From assembly GCA_030019365.1 (NCBI GenBank), contig JASEFA010000004.1, positions 35,262 to 99,261 on the forward strand: 64,000 nucleotides of DNA, read 5' to 3'. How positions within the stretch are numbered: the stretch's first letter is position 1; the number at the start of each line of letters is the position of its first letter. A program made the translations under genes and the position numbers. The notes under the pieces are model-generated. The model made no database searches, was not told the DNA's origin, and was given only the letters and a program-made list of their open reading frames with translations. The DNA is from Bacillota bacterium. GTDB lineage: Bacteria > Bacillota > Sulfobacillia > JACIYH01. Positions 8,505-15,953 of this stretch are shown here, in pieces.

Positions 8505-9025
8505 AGAAGCTTGACTCTTCCCTGGCCAGTCTGGTGGCGGCGGGCGTGCTGGCGGGATCGGTCTGGCTGGTTTCGCCGGCACGGGGCGCGGTGGTGGTGC
8601 ATGTGGCCTGGAATGCTCTTGCCATCTCGTGGCTCATCATCCTGAGCGTGTTCGTTTACATCGGGCTCTTACAGGCCTGGGTGAAGCCGGCGGCCATGGC
8701 CAGGTGGCTGGGTAGGAGCTCGGGGGCGAAGGGATTTGCCCTGGCTTCCACGCTGGGCATATTCCTGGGCGGGTCGCTGGTGACGGTGTTCCCCCTGCTG
8801 GCAGCCTTGCGGCAGAAGGGGGCCAGGGTCGGTGTGCTGGCCGCGCTGGTGACGGCTTGGGGAGGGAAGGCTCCGCTGCTGCCGCTGGAAGGCCGGTTCC
8901 TGGGGTGGCAGTTCGCCCTGGTGCGCATGGTCATGGTGATGCTGATGGCAGCTCTTGTGGGGGTGGGAGTGGAAAGGCTTGTGGGAGAGCGGCAGGAAGG
9001 TGGCACCAGCAGCGTGCCCGGGTGA
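8501..9025 (+). CDS. Half-size permease-like membrane protein (split DUF318-type permease, second gene of pair)
   Basis: Starts at ATG 8501 overlapping the upstream stop (ATGA). Sequence VMKKLDSSLASLVAAGVLAG...EGRFLGWQFALVRMVMVML is a paralog of ORF 13205..13780. It lies inside the longer track ORF 8075..9025. Confidence 0.5.
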   Translation: MKKLDSSLASLVAAGVLAGSVWLVSPARGAVVVHVAWNALAISWLIILSVFVYIGLLQAWVKPAAMARWLGRSSGAKGFALASTLGIFLGGSLVTVFPLLAALRQKGARVGVLAALVTAWGGKAPLLPLEGRFLGWQFALVRMVMVMLMAALVGVGVERLVGERQEGGTSSVPG

Positions 9026-9109
9026 CGCGCGAGATGCAGTCACCCAAGGGCAGACGGCCGGCAGGGGGACAGAGAAAGCAGTAGTTCTCACAGGGGAGGA
9101 GATAAGGAA

Positions 9110-9586
9110 ATGACGCAGCCCATGGAATGGCAGCCCGGGATGGTCACGCACGAAAACGCGATCTTCGTGTGCTTCGGCGGCCTTTCGAACACGGGGTACA
9201 TCACCGCCCTGGCGGGGATGGAAGCGGTGCGGAGGGTGGGTCTCAAGAAGGCGGCCATCTTCTGCCTGGCGGGACTTCCGGTGGAAGTGAAGATGGTGCT
9301 GGCCAAGGCGAAGGCGGCGAAAAAGATCATCACGGTGGATGGCTGTGCCAACAACTGCGCGAAGAAGCTGGTCGAGGCGGCGGGCTTTCCCATCACGAGG
9401 TCAATCACCCTGGCCGTGGACCTGGGGGTGAAGAAAGTGCCGCTGCACAGGGATCTGGACGGCGAGCCCAAGGATGTGATGGAGTACATCTCCCAGGAGG
9501 ACGTGGCCAGGACGGTCGAGGCCATACTGGCAGCGATTGAAGGCGAGGAGCCTGCCGCGGCCTCCGCATCCGGGGGTGAAGCGTGA
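9110..9586 (+). CDS. DGC-domain protein (putative zinc-binding)
   Basis: ...KIITVDGCANNCAKKLVEAAG... matches the DGC motif/cysteine pattern of PF08859-like proteins. RBS is GGGGAGGAG. Confidence 0.55.
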   Translation: MTQPMEWQPGMVTHENAIFVCFGGLSNTGYITALAGMEAVRRVGLKKAAIFCLAGLPVEVKMVLAKAKAAKKIITVDGCANNCAKKLVEAAGFPITRSITLAVDLGVKKVPLHRDLDGEPKDVMEYISQEDVARTVEAILAAIEGEEPAAASASGGEA

Positions 9587-10404
9587 TGCTGGCTGGGCCT
9601 GCCGGTGAACGCGCAGAGTGCGGGGGCGTCCTGCGGGATCTGTACGGCCACGTCATGTCTTCCCTGCGGCCGAAGACCTTTCCCTTCGGGGTCAAGCTTT
9701 ACCGCAGCCTGGACGAGCGACCGCCTGGGCTTTTGTCCCCGCGGCACCCCATGAACGTGTGCCAGGTGACAGCTCTGGTCCGCTACTACGGGCGGTGCAT
9801 GTACGCCACCTGGCAGGACATGGCGTGTGTGGTCGGCGCGGTGGCCCTGGGCATGATGGAGCCGCCGGAAAACATGCGGTCGGGGAAGATCGCCGAGATG
9901 CTGCACGCGGACCTCGATTCCGCGCGCCGCTTCACGGAACTGGTTCCGCGCATTCCGGCGGGGACTGTCAAGGCTTTTGCCGCGGCGCCGCTCGACCGGT
10001 TGACGTTTGAACCCGATATGGTGGTGATGTACGCGAACACGGCCCAAGCGGTGAGGGTGGTACAGGCCTATCTTTACCGGCGGGGAGGACGGGCGGCCTT
10101 CAGCACGGGTGGCGAATACAGCCTGTGTGCGGACATCATCGCGGAGACGTACACCAAGCACGACTTCGCTCTCGCCATCCCCTGTTTCGGGGACCGCAAG
10201 ACGGCCCTGGCGCAGGACGAGGAGCTGACGGTGGCCTTCCCTGCCGACATGGCCCAGGAGATACTGGACGGCCTGGTGGGCACGGCGAAGACGGCTGCCT
10301 ACCCGACGCCCGTGGACATAGGCTTTCCCCAGATGCCCGATTACACCCTGACGGATTGGGCGGTAGCCTTCCGTCGGGGGAAGGTGGGTTCCGGGCCCGG
10401 TTAG
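9583..10404 (+). CDS. DUF169 (COG2043-like) family protein
   Basis: 273 aa with overall resemblance to DUF169/ArCR proteins (recalled, not searched). It overlaps the DGC gene by 4 nt. Confidence 0.45.
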   Translation: MMLAGPAGERAECGGVLRDLYGHVMSSLRPKTFPFGVKLYRSLDERPPGLLSPRHPMNVCQVTALVRYYGRCMYATWQDMACVVGAVALGMMEPPENMRSGKIAEMLHADLDSARRFTELVPRIPAGTVKAFAAAPLDRLTFEPDMVVMYANTAQAVRVVQAYLYRRGGRAAFSTGGEYSLCADIIAETYTKHDFALAIPCFGDRKTALAQDEELTVAFPADMAQEILDGLVGTAKTAAYPTPVDIGFPQMPDYTLTDWAVAFRRGKVGSGPG

Positions 10405-10455
10405 GGGGGAGGTTGCCGGGAGACCTCGGGGGGCAATCGGTCTTCAGTGGCGGGC

Positions 10456-10481
10456 GGGAGGCACGGCCAGTTGTGCCTCCC
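10456..10481 (+). terminator. Perfect 9-bp stem-loop GGGAGGCAC-N8-GTGCCTCCC without U-tract
   Basis: Seen directly between the DUF169 gene and the MvhD-like gene. GC-rich hairpin; no poly-T follows. Confidence 0.25.
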
Positions 10482-10529
10482 GGATCGCTATGGGGTCTGA
10501 GGTGCGCTGTGGCGGGAGGAGGCGATACC

Positions 10530-10892
10530 TTGCGGAGGCCGCGGGTCTTGCTGTGCGTGTGCCGGGGGTGTCCCGGTTTTGAGCGGGTCGATGCCTGGAC
10601 CCTGGTTAATCGCCTTCGAGACAACCCTGACGTGGAATTCGCGGTGGCGCACCCCCAGCTTTGCGGTGACGATGGGCTGCGTTTCCTGGCCGACCTGGTT
10701 CGGCCGGCCGTCACGTACCTCGTGGGAGCGTGCGATCCCGCCCTGCAGCGCAAGATGTTGAAGGAAACCTTTACCGCTGCCGGTGTGAGCTTTGACGGGC
10801 AGGTGGTGCCCCTCGACCTGCGCAACATGACGACCGAAGAAGCTGCGGAGAAAGTGGCCGAGGCGGTGAGGGCGCTCAGGGCCGGACAATAG
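10530..10892 (+). CDS. MvhD/FlpD-like Cys-rich small protein (methyl-viologen-reducing hydrogenase delta subunit family)
   Basis: Internal TTG start after GGAGGAGG gives MRRPRVLLCVCRGCPGFERVDAWTLVNRLRDNPDVEFAVAHPQLCGDDG...LVGACDP. The Cys spacing is PF02662-like. It lies inside track ORF 10125..10892. Confidence 0.4.
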   Translation: MRRPRVLLCVCRGCPGFERVDAWTLVNRLRDNPDVEFAVAHPQLCGDDGLRFLADLVRPAVTYLVGACDPALQRKMLKETFTAAGVSFDGQVVPLDLRNMTTEEAAEKVAEAVRALRAGQ

Positions 10893-11842
10893 TGGCGGAC
10901 CGGAAGGGGTACTGTGGACTGCTGGTTGAGGGGGGTACGTGCGGTGCTGGAGAAGTACTCGATCAGGATCGTCCTGCCGGAATGAATCCTGCCGCCCCCA
11001 CCGTGAACGCCATCTTCGACCTGGAAGAGGACATATCGGAGTTGTTGCCGTACCTGAATGCGACGCTTCAGGGGTGCTTCTATGAACCTACCGGGCCTTA
11101 TCTGAGGTTCATGAAGGAGGGCAAGGCTGTCACGCTGCATGCCCGGCAGGTTACCATCACGCGGCTGGAGGATGAAGAAGAAGCCCGGCGGGTCATGGAG
11201 TGGCTGGTGGAGGTTATCCGCAGCACGCATGCCAACCGTGACAGGATCCAGCCCAGCCACCGGCGGCGTGCTGAGTTGAAGGTGCTGGACGTTTACAGGC
11301 TGTTACCCCGGTCCAATTGCGGCCGCTGCGGCGAACCCGCCTGCCTGGCGTTTGCGGCGAAGGTGGCCTCAGGTGAGCGCGGGGCCCGTGACTGCCCGGT
11401 TCTCTGCGAGCCGGGAAATGAGGAAAGGCTTGCCCGGCTGGAAGAAGCGTTGGGCCAGGGGGAATGCTGGCCGGACCAAGGGGGAAAAGTGATGCATCCC
11501 GAGGAGTACAGGTACAGCAAGACGCACGAGTGGGCCAAGGTTGAGGGTGACCTGGTGCGGGTGGGCCGAGGCCCGGCTGGACTGGTCCGGGGCTGCCGGT
11601 CGCGACGGTGGAGCCTGAGGCGTGCCAGCAAACGGCGGAGCTGGCCCACAAAAGCGCCCGGGCTGGCCACGTGGTGCTTCGCGGGGTCGGGGGCGGGGTG
11701 GGGGCGTATGGCCATCACATCCCGCGTCGCGCCCGGCGTTCTGCATCGCTATACGCCCTGTGAGCTCGAGATCAACCGCGAGGCAGTGCACGTCATGGAT
11801 AATCACCATGAGGGTGATCTGACACTTACTGGCAAGTCATAG
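10892..11842 (+). CDS. Fe-S cluster domain protein (PF04060-like), with a C-terminal region that looks like a frameshifted glycine-cleavage H-protein-like remnant
   Basis: Residues ~130-180 YRLLPRSNCGRCGEPACLAFAAKVASGERGARDCPVLCEPGNEERLARLEEAL are paralogous to the window-start gene. From ATG ~11494 the sequence MHPEEYRYSKTHEWAKVEGDLVRVG matches the conserved GcvH N-terminus, then similarity is lost in all frames. Gene boundaries are uncertain. Confidence 0.4.
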   Translation: MADRKGYCGLLVEGGTCGAGEVLDQDRPAGMNPAAPTVNAIFDLEEDISELLPYLNATLQGCFYEPTGPYLRFMKEGKAVTLHARQVTITRLEDEEEARRVMEWLVEVIRSTHANRDRIQPSHRRRAELKVLDVYRLLPRSNCGRCGEPACLAFAAKVASGERGARDCPVLCEPGNEERLARLEEALGQGECWPDQGGKVMHPEEYRYSKTHEWAKVEGDLVRVGRGPAGLVRGCRSRRWSLRRASKRRSWPTKAPGLATWCFAGSGAGWGRMAITSRVAPGVLHRYTPCELEINREAVHVMDNHHEGDLTLTGKS

Positions 11843-11914
11843 GGTGGGACATGGTGCAGCGCTCCGGGGTGTTCCGCCGTAGTCACCGCGTCCTGGTGGG
11901 TTGCAGCAATGGTG

Positions 11915-11969
11915 TTGACGGCGGTGCCGGGACCGGGTATAATCGTGCTGATAAGTGTACATTGCACTT
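11915..11969 (+). promoter_or_regulatory. Consensus sigma-70-type promoter TTGACG-17 bp-TATAAT followed by imperfect palindrome AAGTGtacattgCACTT (candidate PadR operator) upstream of padR
   Basis: Hexamers at ~11915-11920 and ~11938-11943 with a 17-nt spacer. Palindrome at ~11953-11969. RBS GGAGGG and ATG 11987 follow. Confidence 0.45.
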
Positions 11970-11986
11970 AGGAGGGTGAGCCACTG

Positions 11987-12382
11987 ATGTGCGGCGAGCA
12001 TGGCCGCGGTTTCCGCGCGGGCGCCTGCGGCTGTCATGACCGGCGGGGGGAGAGGTTCCTGGAAGCGTGGCTGCTTCTGCTTTTGAAGAGTGGCCCGTCC
12101 CATGGTTACCAGCTGGTGGAACGCCTGGGCCAGGTGCTGGGCGGAAGTGGGTTTCCGGACCCCGGTACGGTGTACAGGAACCTGCGGCGAATGGAGGAGG
12201 AAGGGCTGGTGAGTTCGAGCTGGGACCTCCAGGACAGCGGCCCGCCGCGCCGTCTGTATCGGCTGACCGAGCAGGGCGAGGAGTTGCTCCACGTGTGGGC
12301 TGCGAACGTGGAACATTACCGGGCCCGGCTTGACCGGTTCCTCGGGATGTACCGCGAGCTTGCGGGCGATTCCCGGGGCTAG
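11987..12382 (+). CDS. PadR-family transcriptional regulator with Cys-rich N-terminal extension (MCGEHGRGFRAGACGCH)
   Basis: Core ...WLLLLLKSGPSHGYQLVERLGQVLGGSGFPDPGTVYRNLRRMEEEGLVSSSWDLQDSGPPRRLYRLTEQGEELL is typical PadR. The N-terminal extension resembles the N-terminus of the next small protein. Confidence 0.7.
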   Translation: MCGEHGRGFRAGACGCHDRRGERFLEAWLLLLLKSGPSHGYQLVERLGQVLGGSGFPDPGTVYRNLRRMEEEGLVSSSWDLQDSGPPRRLYRLTEQGEELLHVWAANVEHYRARLDRFLGMYRELAGDSRG

Positions 12383-12409
12383 GCCCGGTTCAAAAAGGAG
12401 GAGAGAGGT

Positions 12410-12601
12410 ATGTGTGGTAGCAGGCAGCACGGCTGGCACGAGTTCGCCGGCGCCGGAGGGTGTTGTTGTGGCGGTGGCATGCGCCGCCGGTTCTTCAGCA
12501 AGGAAGAGCGGTTGGCCAGGTTGCGCGACTACCTGGAAGAGCTGAAAGCGGAAGCCCAGCAGGTGGAAAAAGTGATCCGCGAACTCGAGTCCGAAAAGTG
12601 A
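12410..12601 (+). CDS. Small protein with Gly-flanked CCC triplet (AGAGGCCCGGG) and charged coiled-coil-like tail, unknown function
   Basis: 63 aa with a strong RBS (AAAAAGGAGGAGAGAGGT ATG). It lies between padR and the split permease pair. It shares the motif with ORF 2929..3114. Confidence 0.5.
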   Translation: MCGSRQHGWHEFAGAGGCCCGGGMRRRFFSKEERLARLRDYLEELKAEAQQVEKVIRELESEK

Positions 12602-12728
12602 AAACCGGCCTCGAACTCACCGGCGGCATCCGGGCGGTCCTGGCGGCCGCCCGGAGCTTAATGCCGTTGGGTGCCGGGGTTGCCGTATTGCCACGGCAGG
12701 TTGGCGGCGGAGGGAGTGGAGTGGTAGC

Positions 12729-13208
12729 GTGGCGTTCAACCTGGCGCTGTATGCTGTGTCGGCAGTGGTGGTCCTTGTTTCCGCGCTGCGGGACCGGGGT
12801 AAGACACGCCAGGCGCTGGCCGTTGCCTGGCGTTCGTTTTGCCGGGTTGCCCCTTCCATGCTGGGCATCATGGGGCTCATCGGGCTGGTGCTGACTCTGA
12901 CTCCGGCGAGCACGATAGTCACCCTGTTTAACAACCAGAACGTTTGGGGCATCTTGCTGGTTGCCGCCGTCGGGGCGGTGACGCTGATCCCCGGGATCAT
13001 CGCCTATCCCCTAGCGGGTTCCCTGGTGCGCCAGGGAGCGGGGGTGGTGCCGATCGCGGCGTTCATGACCACTCTCATGATGGTCGGCGTGGTAACCGCT
13101 CCCCTGGAGAGCCACTATTTCGGCCGGCGTTTCGCGCTCCTCCGTAACGGCCTCAGTTTCATTGCCGCGTTGGCCATAGCGGCCGCCATGGGGGTGGTGC
13201 TGGGGTGA
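12729..13208 (+). CDS. Half-size permease-like membrane protein (split DUF318-type permease, first gene of pair)
   Basis: Paralog of 8025..8504 (...HYFGRRFALLRNGLSFIAALAIAAAMGVVL). It starts at GTG with GGAGGGAGTGGAGTGG upstream. Confidence 0.5.
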   Translation: MAFNLALYAVSAVVVLVSALRDRGKTRQALAVAWRSFCRVAPSMLGIMGLIGLVLTLTPASTIVTLFNNQNVWGILLVAAVGAVTLIPGIIAYPLAGSLVRQGAGVVPIAAFMTTLMMVGVVTAPLESHYFGRRFALLRNGLSFIAALAIAAAMGVVLG

Positions 13209-13780
13209 GCCCTGGCGGTCGATTGGGGACGAAGCTGGCGAGGCTGCGGCCGTACGCCCTCCTCATTCTCACGCTTGTGGGCGATCTGGCCCTGGGTGTG
13301 GTGAGGCCCGGGCTGGGGTGGCAGGCCGTGCGGACGTCCGCTTCTTACCTGTTGGAAATGCTGCTGGTGCTGCCCCCCATCTTCGTGCTGATCGGCATGC
13401 TGGAGGTGTGGGTTCCCCGGCAGACCATCGTGCGCAACGTGGGCCCCGGGTCCGGACTGCGCGGGCTGGCACTCTCTGTTTTGACCGGGTCTGCTGCTGC
13501 CGGGCCGCTCTACGGGGCCTTTCCCGTGGCCGAGTCTTTGCTCAGGAAGGGTTGTTCGGTATTCAACGCGTGCGTGCTGCTCTGCACCTGGGCGGCGGTG
13601 AAAATCCCCATGATCATGATGGAGGTGAAGTTCCTGGGCTGGCGGTTTTCCCTGGCCCGGCTGGCCTTCACGCTGCCGGCCATCGTGCTCATAAGCTGGC
13701 TGGTGGATCGCTTCACGCCTCGCCTGGGTGGGTTGTGCGGAGAAGACCGGCCTGGGGTGGGTCGGGAGATGCCGCGGTGA
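13205..13780 (+). CDS. Half-size permease-like membrane protein (split DUF318-type permease, second gene of pair)
   Basis: 4-nt overlap with the upstream gene. ...KFLGWRFSLARLAFTLPAIVLISWL is a paralog of 8501..9025. Confidence 0.5.
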   Translation: MSPGGRLGTKLARLRPYALLILTLVGDLALGVVRPGLGWQAVRTSASYLLEMLLVLPPIFVLIGMLEVWVPRQTIVRNVGPGSGLRGLALSVLTGSAAAGPLYGAFPVAESLLRKGCSVFNACVLLCTWAAVKIPMIMMEVKFLGWRFSLARLAFTLPAIVLISWLVDRFTPRLGGLCGEDRPGVGREMPR

Positions 13781-13813
13781 CGTCCGGGGTGCGGGGTTAA
13801 GGAGGCAGGGGCA

Positions 13814-14128
13814 ATGCACGTTGCCGACATACTGGCGGAAAGGGAATTCTCACCTCAAGACAAGGTGCGCAAGGAGATCTACCGTTCCGGAGCCGCCAAG
13901 GTCCTTTTGATCTGCTTTGAGTCCGGTCAGGCACTGGAACCCTGCGTCATGGGTGCCGAGGTAGTGTTCTACGTGGTAGAGGGAACCGGTCGCATCAGGG
14001 TGGAATCGACCACAGTGGACGTGCGCCAGGGTTCCCTCGTGGTCGTTCCTGCCGGGCTGGAGCGCCAGATCGAGGCGTGCTCCCCCATGGTGGTGCTGGC
14101 CCTGCAGGCCCTTGGCCAGGGGGGATAG
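13814..14128 (+). CDS. Cupin-domain protein
   Basis: 104 aa with a two-motif cupin-like pattern (VLLICFESGQALEPCVMGAEVVFYVVEGTGRIRVE...LVVVPAGLE). Confidence 0.6.
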   Translation: MHVADILAEREFSPQDKVRKEIYRSGAAKVLLICFESGQALEPCVMGAEVVFYVVEGTGRIRVESTTVDVRQGSLVVVPAGLERQIEACSPMVVLALQALGQGG

Positions 14129-14339
14129 GCTCTTACGCTCCTGCGGTGCGGGAAGCCTTGCGTTTGTGCCTGTGGGACTTACAGCACCGAATGACTGGTG
14201 CTCCACATGGTTACGAGGGTGCGGATTTGACCGGTTCCGCCGGGGGAACGCGGGGAGTTGGTAGACGGGGCGGCCGCTTCATGCTATAATTCGCATAAGG
14301 GCATGACCTGGCACCTGCTGTCGGCTCATTGCGTGGGGC

Positions 14340-15896
14340 ATGGTGGGGTGGTCCGGCGTGTTCCGGCGAGGCGCCAGTGTGTGCCCGCAAGGACGGGGTG
14401 AAAGGGGATGGTGGGAGGTGGCGGTCGGAAGCGTGAGTTTGCGGGCCAAGCGGTATGCGGCCCGCCGGGCCATGGAGTGGCTGGTGGGGTACCTGCGGCG
14501 GGATCCGGAGCGGGCCGTCGACTCCATCCTCTCGTGGGGCAAGCGGCTGGCGGTGATGGAGGCGCACCGCCGCCAGGTAGAAGAGCTGGCGGTGACTTTG
14601 CGGGATAATCCCGCCATGATGCGGTTCGTGCGCCGGCTGGCGCTGGAGGTGCATCCCAACCAGCACCGGGGTGTGGTTTTCAACTGGTTCGTGAACAGCA
14701 TCCTGCTCGGCCTCCCGGTCCAGTACGCCCTGGCGGAGAGGCTGGGTCACGGGGTTCCGCACTTCATCCTGGTGGACCCCACGGAGGCGTGCAACCTGCG
14801 GTGCGTGGGGTGTTGGGCGGGCGAGTACGCGCAGTACCACACCATGCCGTTTGAACTCCTGGACAGGATCGTGACGGAGGCGAAGGAGCTGGGGATATAC
14901 TGGATAGTCCTGTCAGGCGGCGAACCGCTGCTGTACAAGCGTCTCTTCGAGCTGTTTGCCAGGCACCGCGATGTGGCCTTCATGGCTTTCACCAACGGCA
15001 CCCTCATCGACGACCGGACGGCTGATCGGATCCTTGAGGTGGGCAACTTCGTGCCCTGCATCAGCCTGGAGGGGTTCCGGGAGAGCACGGATGGGCGCCG
15101 GGGTCCGGGTGTGTTTGACCGCATATCGGCGGCCATGGATCGGCTCAAGGAGCGGAAGCTGATCTTCGGGACGTCGGTAACCATCACGCGGCACAACGTC
15201 GAGGAGATCACATCCGATGGCTTCATCGACTGGGTCATAGACAAAGGTGCGTTCTTCGGCTGGAGCTTCCACTACATCCCGGTGGGCCGCGATCCCGACG
15301 TGGAGCTCATGGTGACGCCGGAGCAGCGGGAGTATCTGGTCTATCGAGTGAGGGAAATCAGAACTTCCAAGCCGTACCTCTGGGCTGATTTCTGGAACGA
15401 CGGTTATCTCACGAACGGGTGCATTGCTGGTGGCCGCCGCTACTTCCACATTCTGGCCTCGGGGGAGGTTGAGCCCTGCGCTTTTGCCCACTTCTCGGTC
15501 GGGAACATAAAGGACCTGAGCCTGCGGGAAGTCCTGGCGAACCCCCTGTTCCGGGCCTACCAAAAGCGGCAGCCGTTCAACCCCAACCACCTGGCGCCCT
15601 GTCCCATAATTGACAACCCCCAGGCTCTGCGCGACATCGTGGCCGAATCGGGGGCGCGCCCGACGCACCCCGGTGCGGAGAGTGTGCTGCAGGGGCCGGT
15701 CGCTGCTTACCTCGACCGGCTGTCCCGGGAGTGGCGGGAGAGGGCCGAGGGGGTGCGGCGGCGCCTGGGGCTGGGTGATGTCCAGGTTGCGGCTTGCGAA
15801 CTAGCGGTGCCGGAATCTGCTCACGGCGGGGAGGCCGGGCAGGAGGAAGGCCCAGTTGTGGCCGCGGGGCACGGGGTGGAAGGACCGGGAAGCTGA
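14340..15896 (+). CDS. Radical SAM enzyme with C-terminal SPASM/twitch-like Cys-rich domain, substrate unknown; likely start ATG ~14472
   Basis: HFILVDPTEACNLRCVGCWAGEY holds the CxxxCxxC motif. The GGEPLL glycine motif is present. The C-terminal region has additional Cys (NGCIAGGRRYFHILASGEVEPCAFAHF...APCPII). Confidence 0.7.
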   Translation: MVGWSGVFRRGASVCPQGRGERGWWEVAVGSVSLRAKRYAARRAMEWLVGYLRRDPERAVDSILSWGKRLAVMEAHRRQVEELAVTLRDNPAMMRFVRRLALEVHPNQHRGVVFNWFVNSILLGLPVQYALAERLGHGVPHFILVDPTEACNLRCVGCWAGEYAQYHTMPFELLDRIVTEAKELGIYWIVLSGGEPLLYKRLFELFARHRDVAFMAFTNGTLIDDRTADRILEVGNFVPCISLEGFRESTDGRRGPGVFDRISAAMDRLKERKLIFGTSVTITRHNVEEITSDGFIDWVIDKGAFFGWSFHYIPVGRDPDVELMVTPEQREYLVYRVREIRTSKPYLWADFWNDGYLTNGCIAGGRRYFHILASGEVEPCAFAHFSVGNIKDLSLREVLANPLFRAYQKRQPFNPNHLAPCPIIDNPQALRDIVAESGARPTHPGAESVLQGPVAAYLDRLSREWRERAEGVRRRLGLGDVQVAACELAVPESAHGGEAGQEEGPVVAAGHGVEGPGS

Positions 15897-15953
15897 GCGC
15901 CCTGTCGTGCGCAAGGTGGGGAGGGTATCCCGGCGGGCGGGGGGTGGCCGTGG

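Noticed and set aside
10136-11260. 374-aa minus-strand ORF
   Set aside because: Antisense to the DUF169 / MvhD-like / Fe-S-domain genes. Pro/Arg/Ser-rich translation.
12460-12894. 144-aa plus-strand ORF overlapping the CCC-peptide gene and permease start
   Set aside because: Out of frame with two better-supported genes (strong RBSs, paralog support). Trp/Arg-rich nonsense translation.
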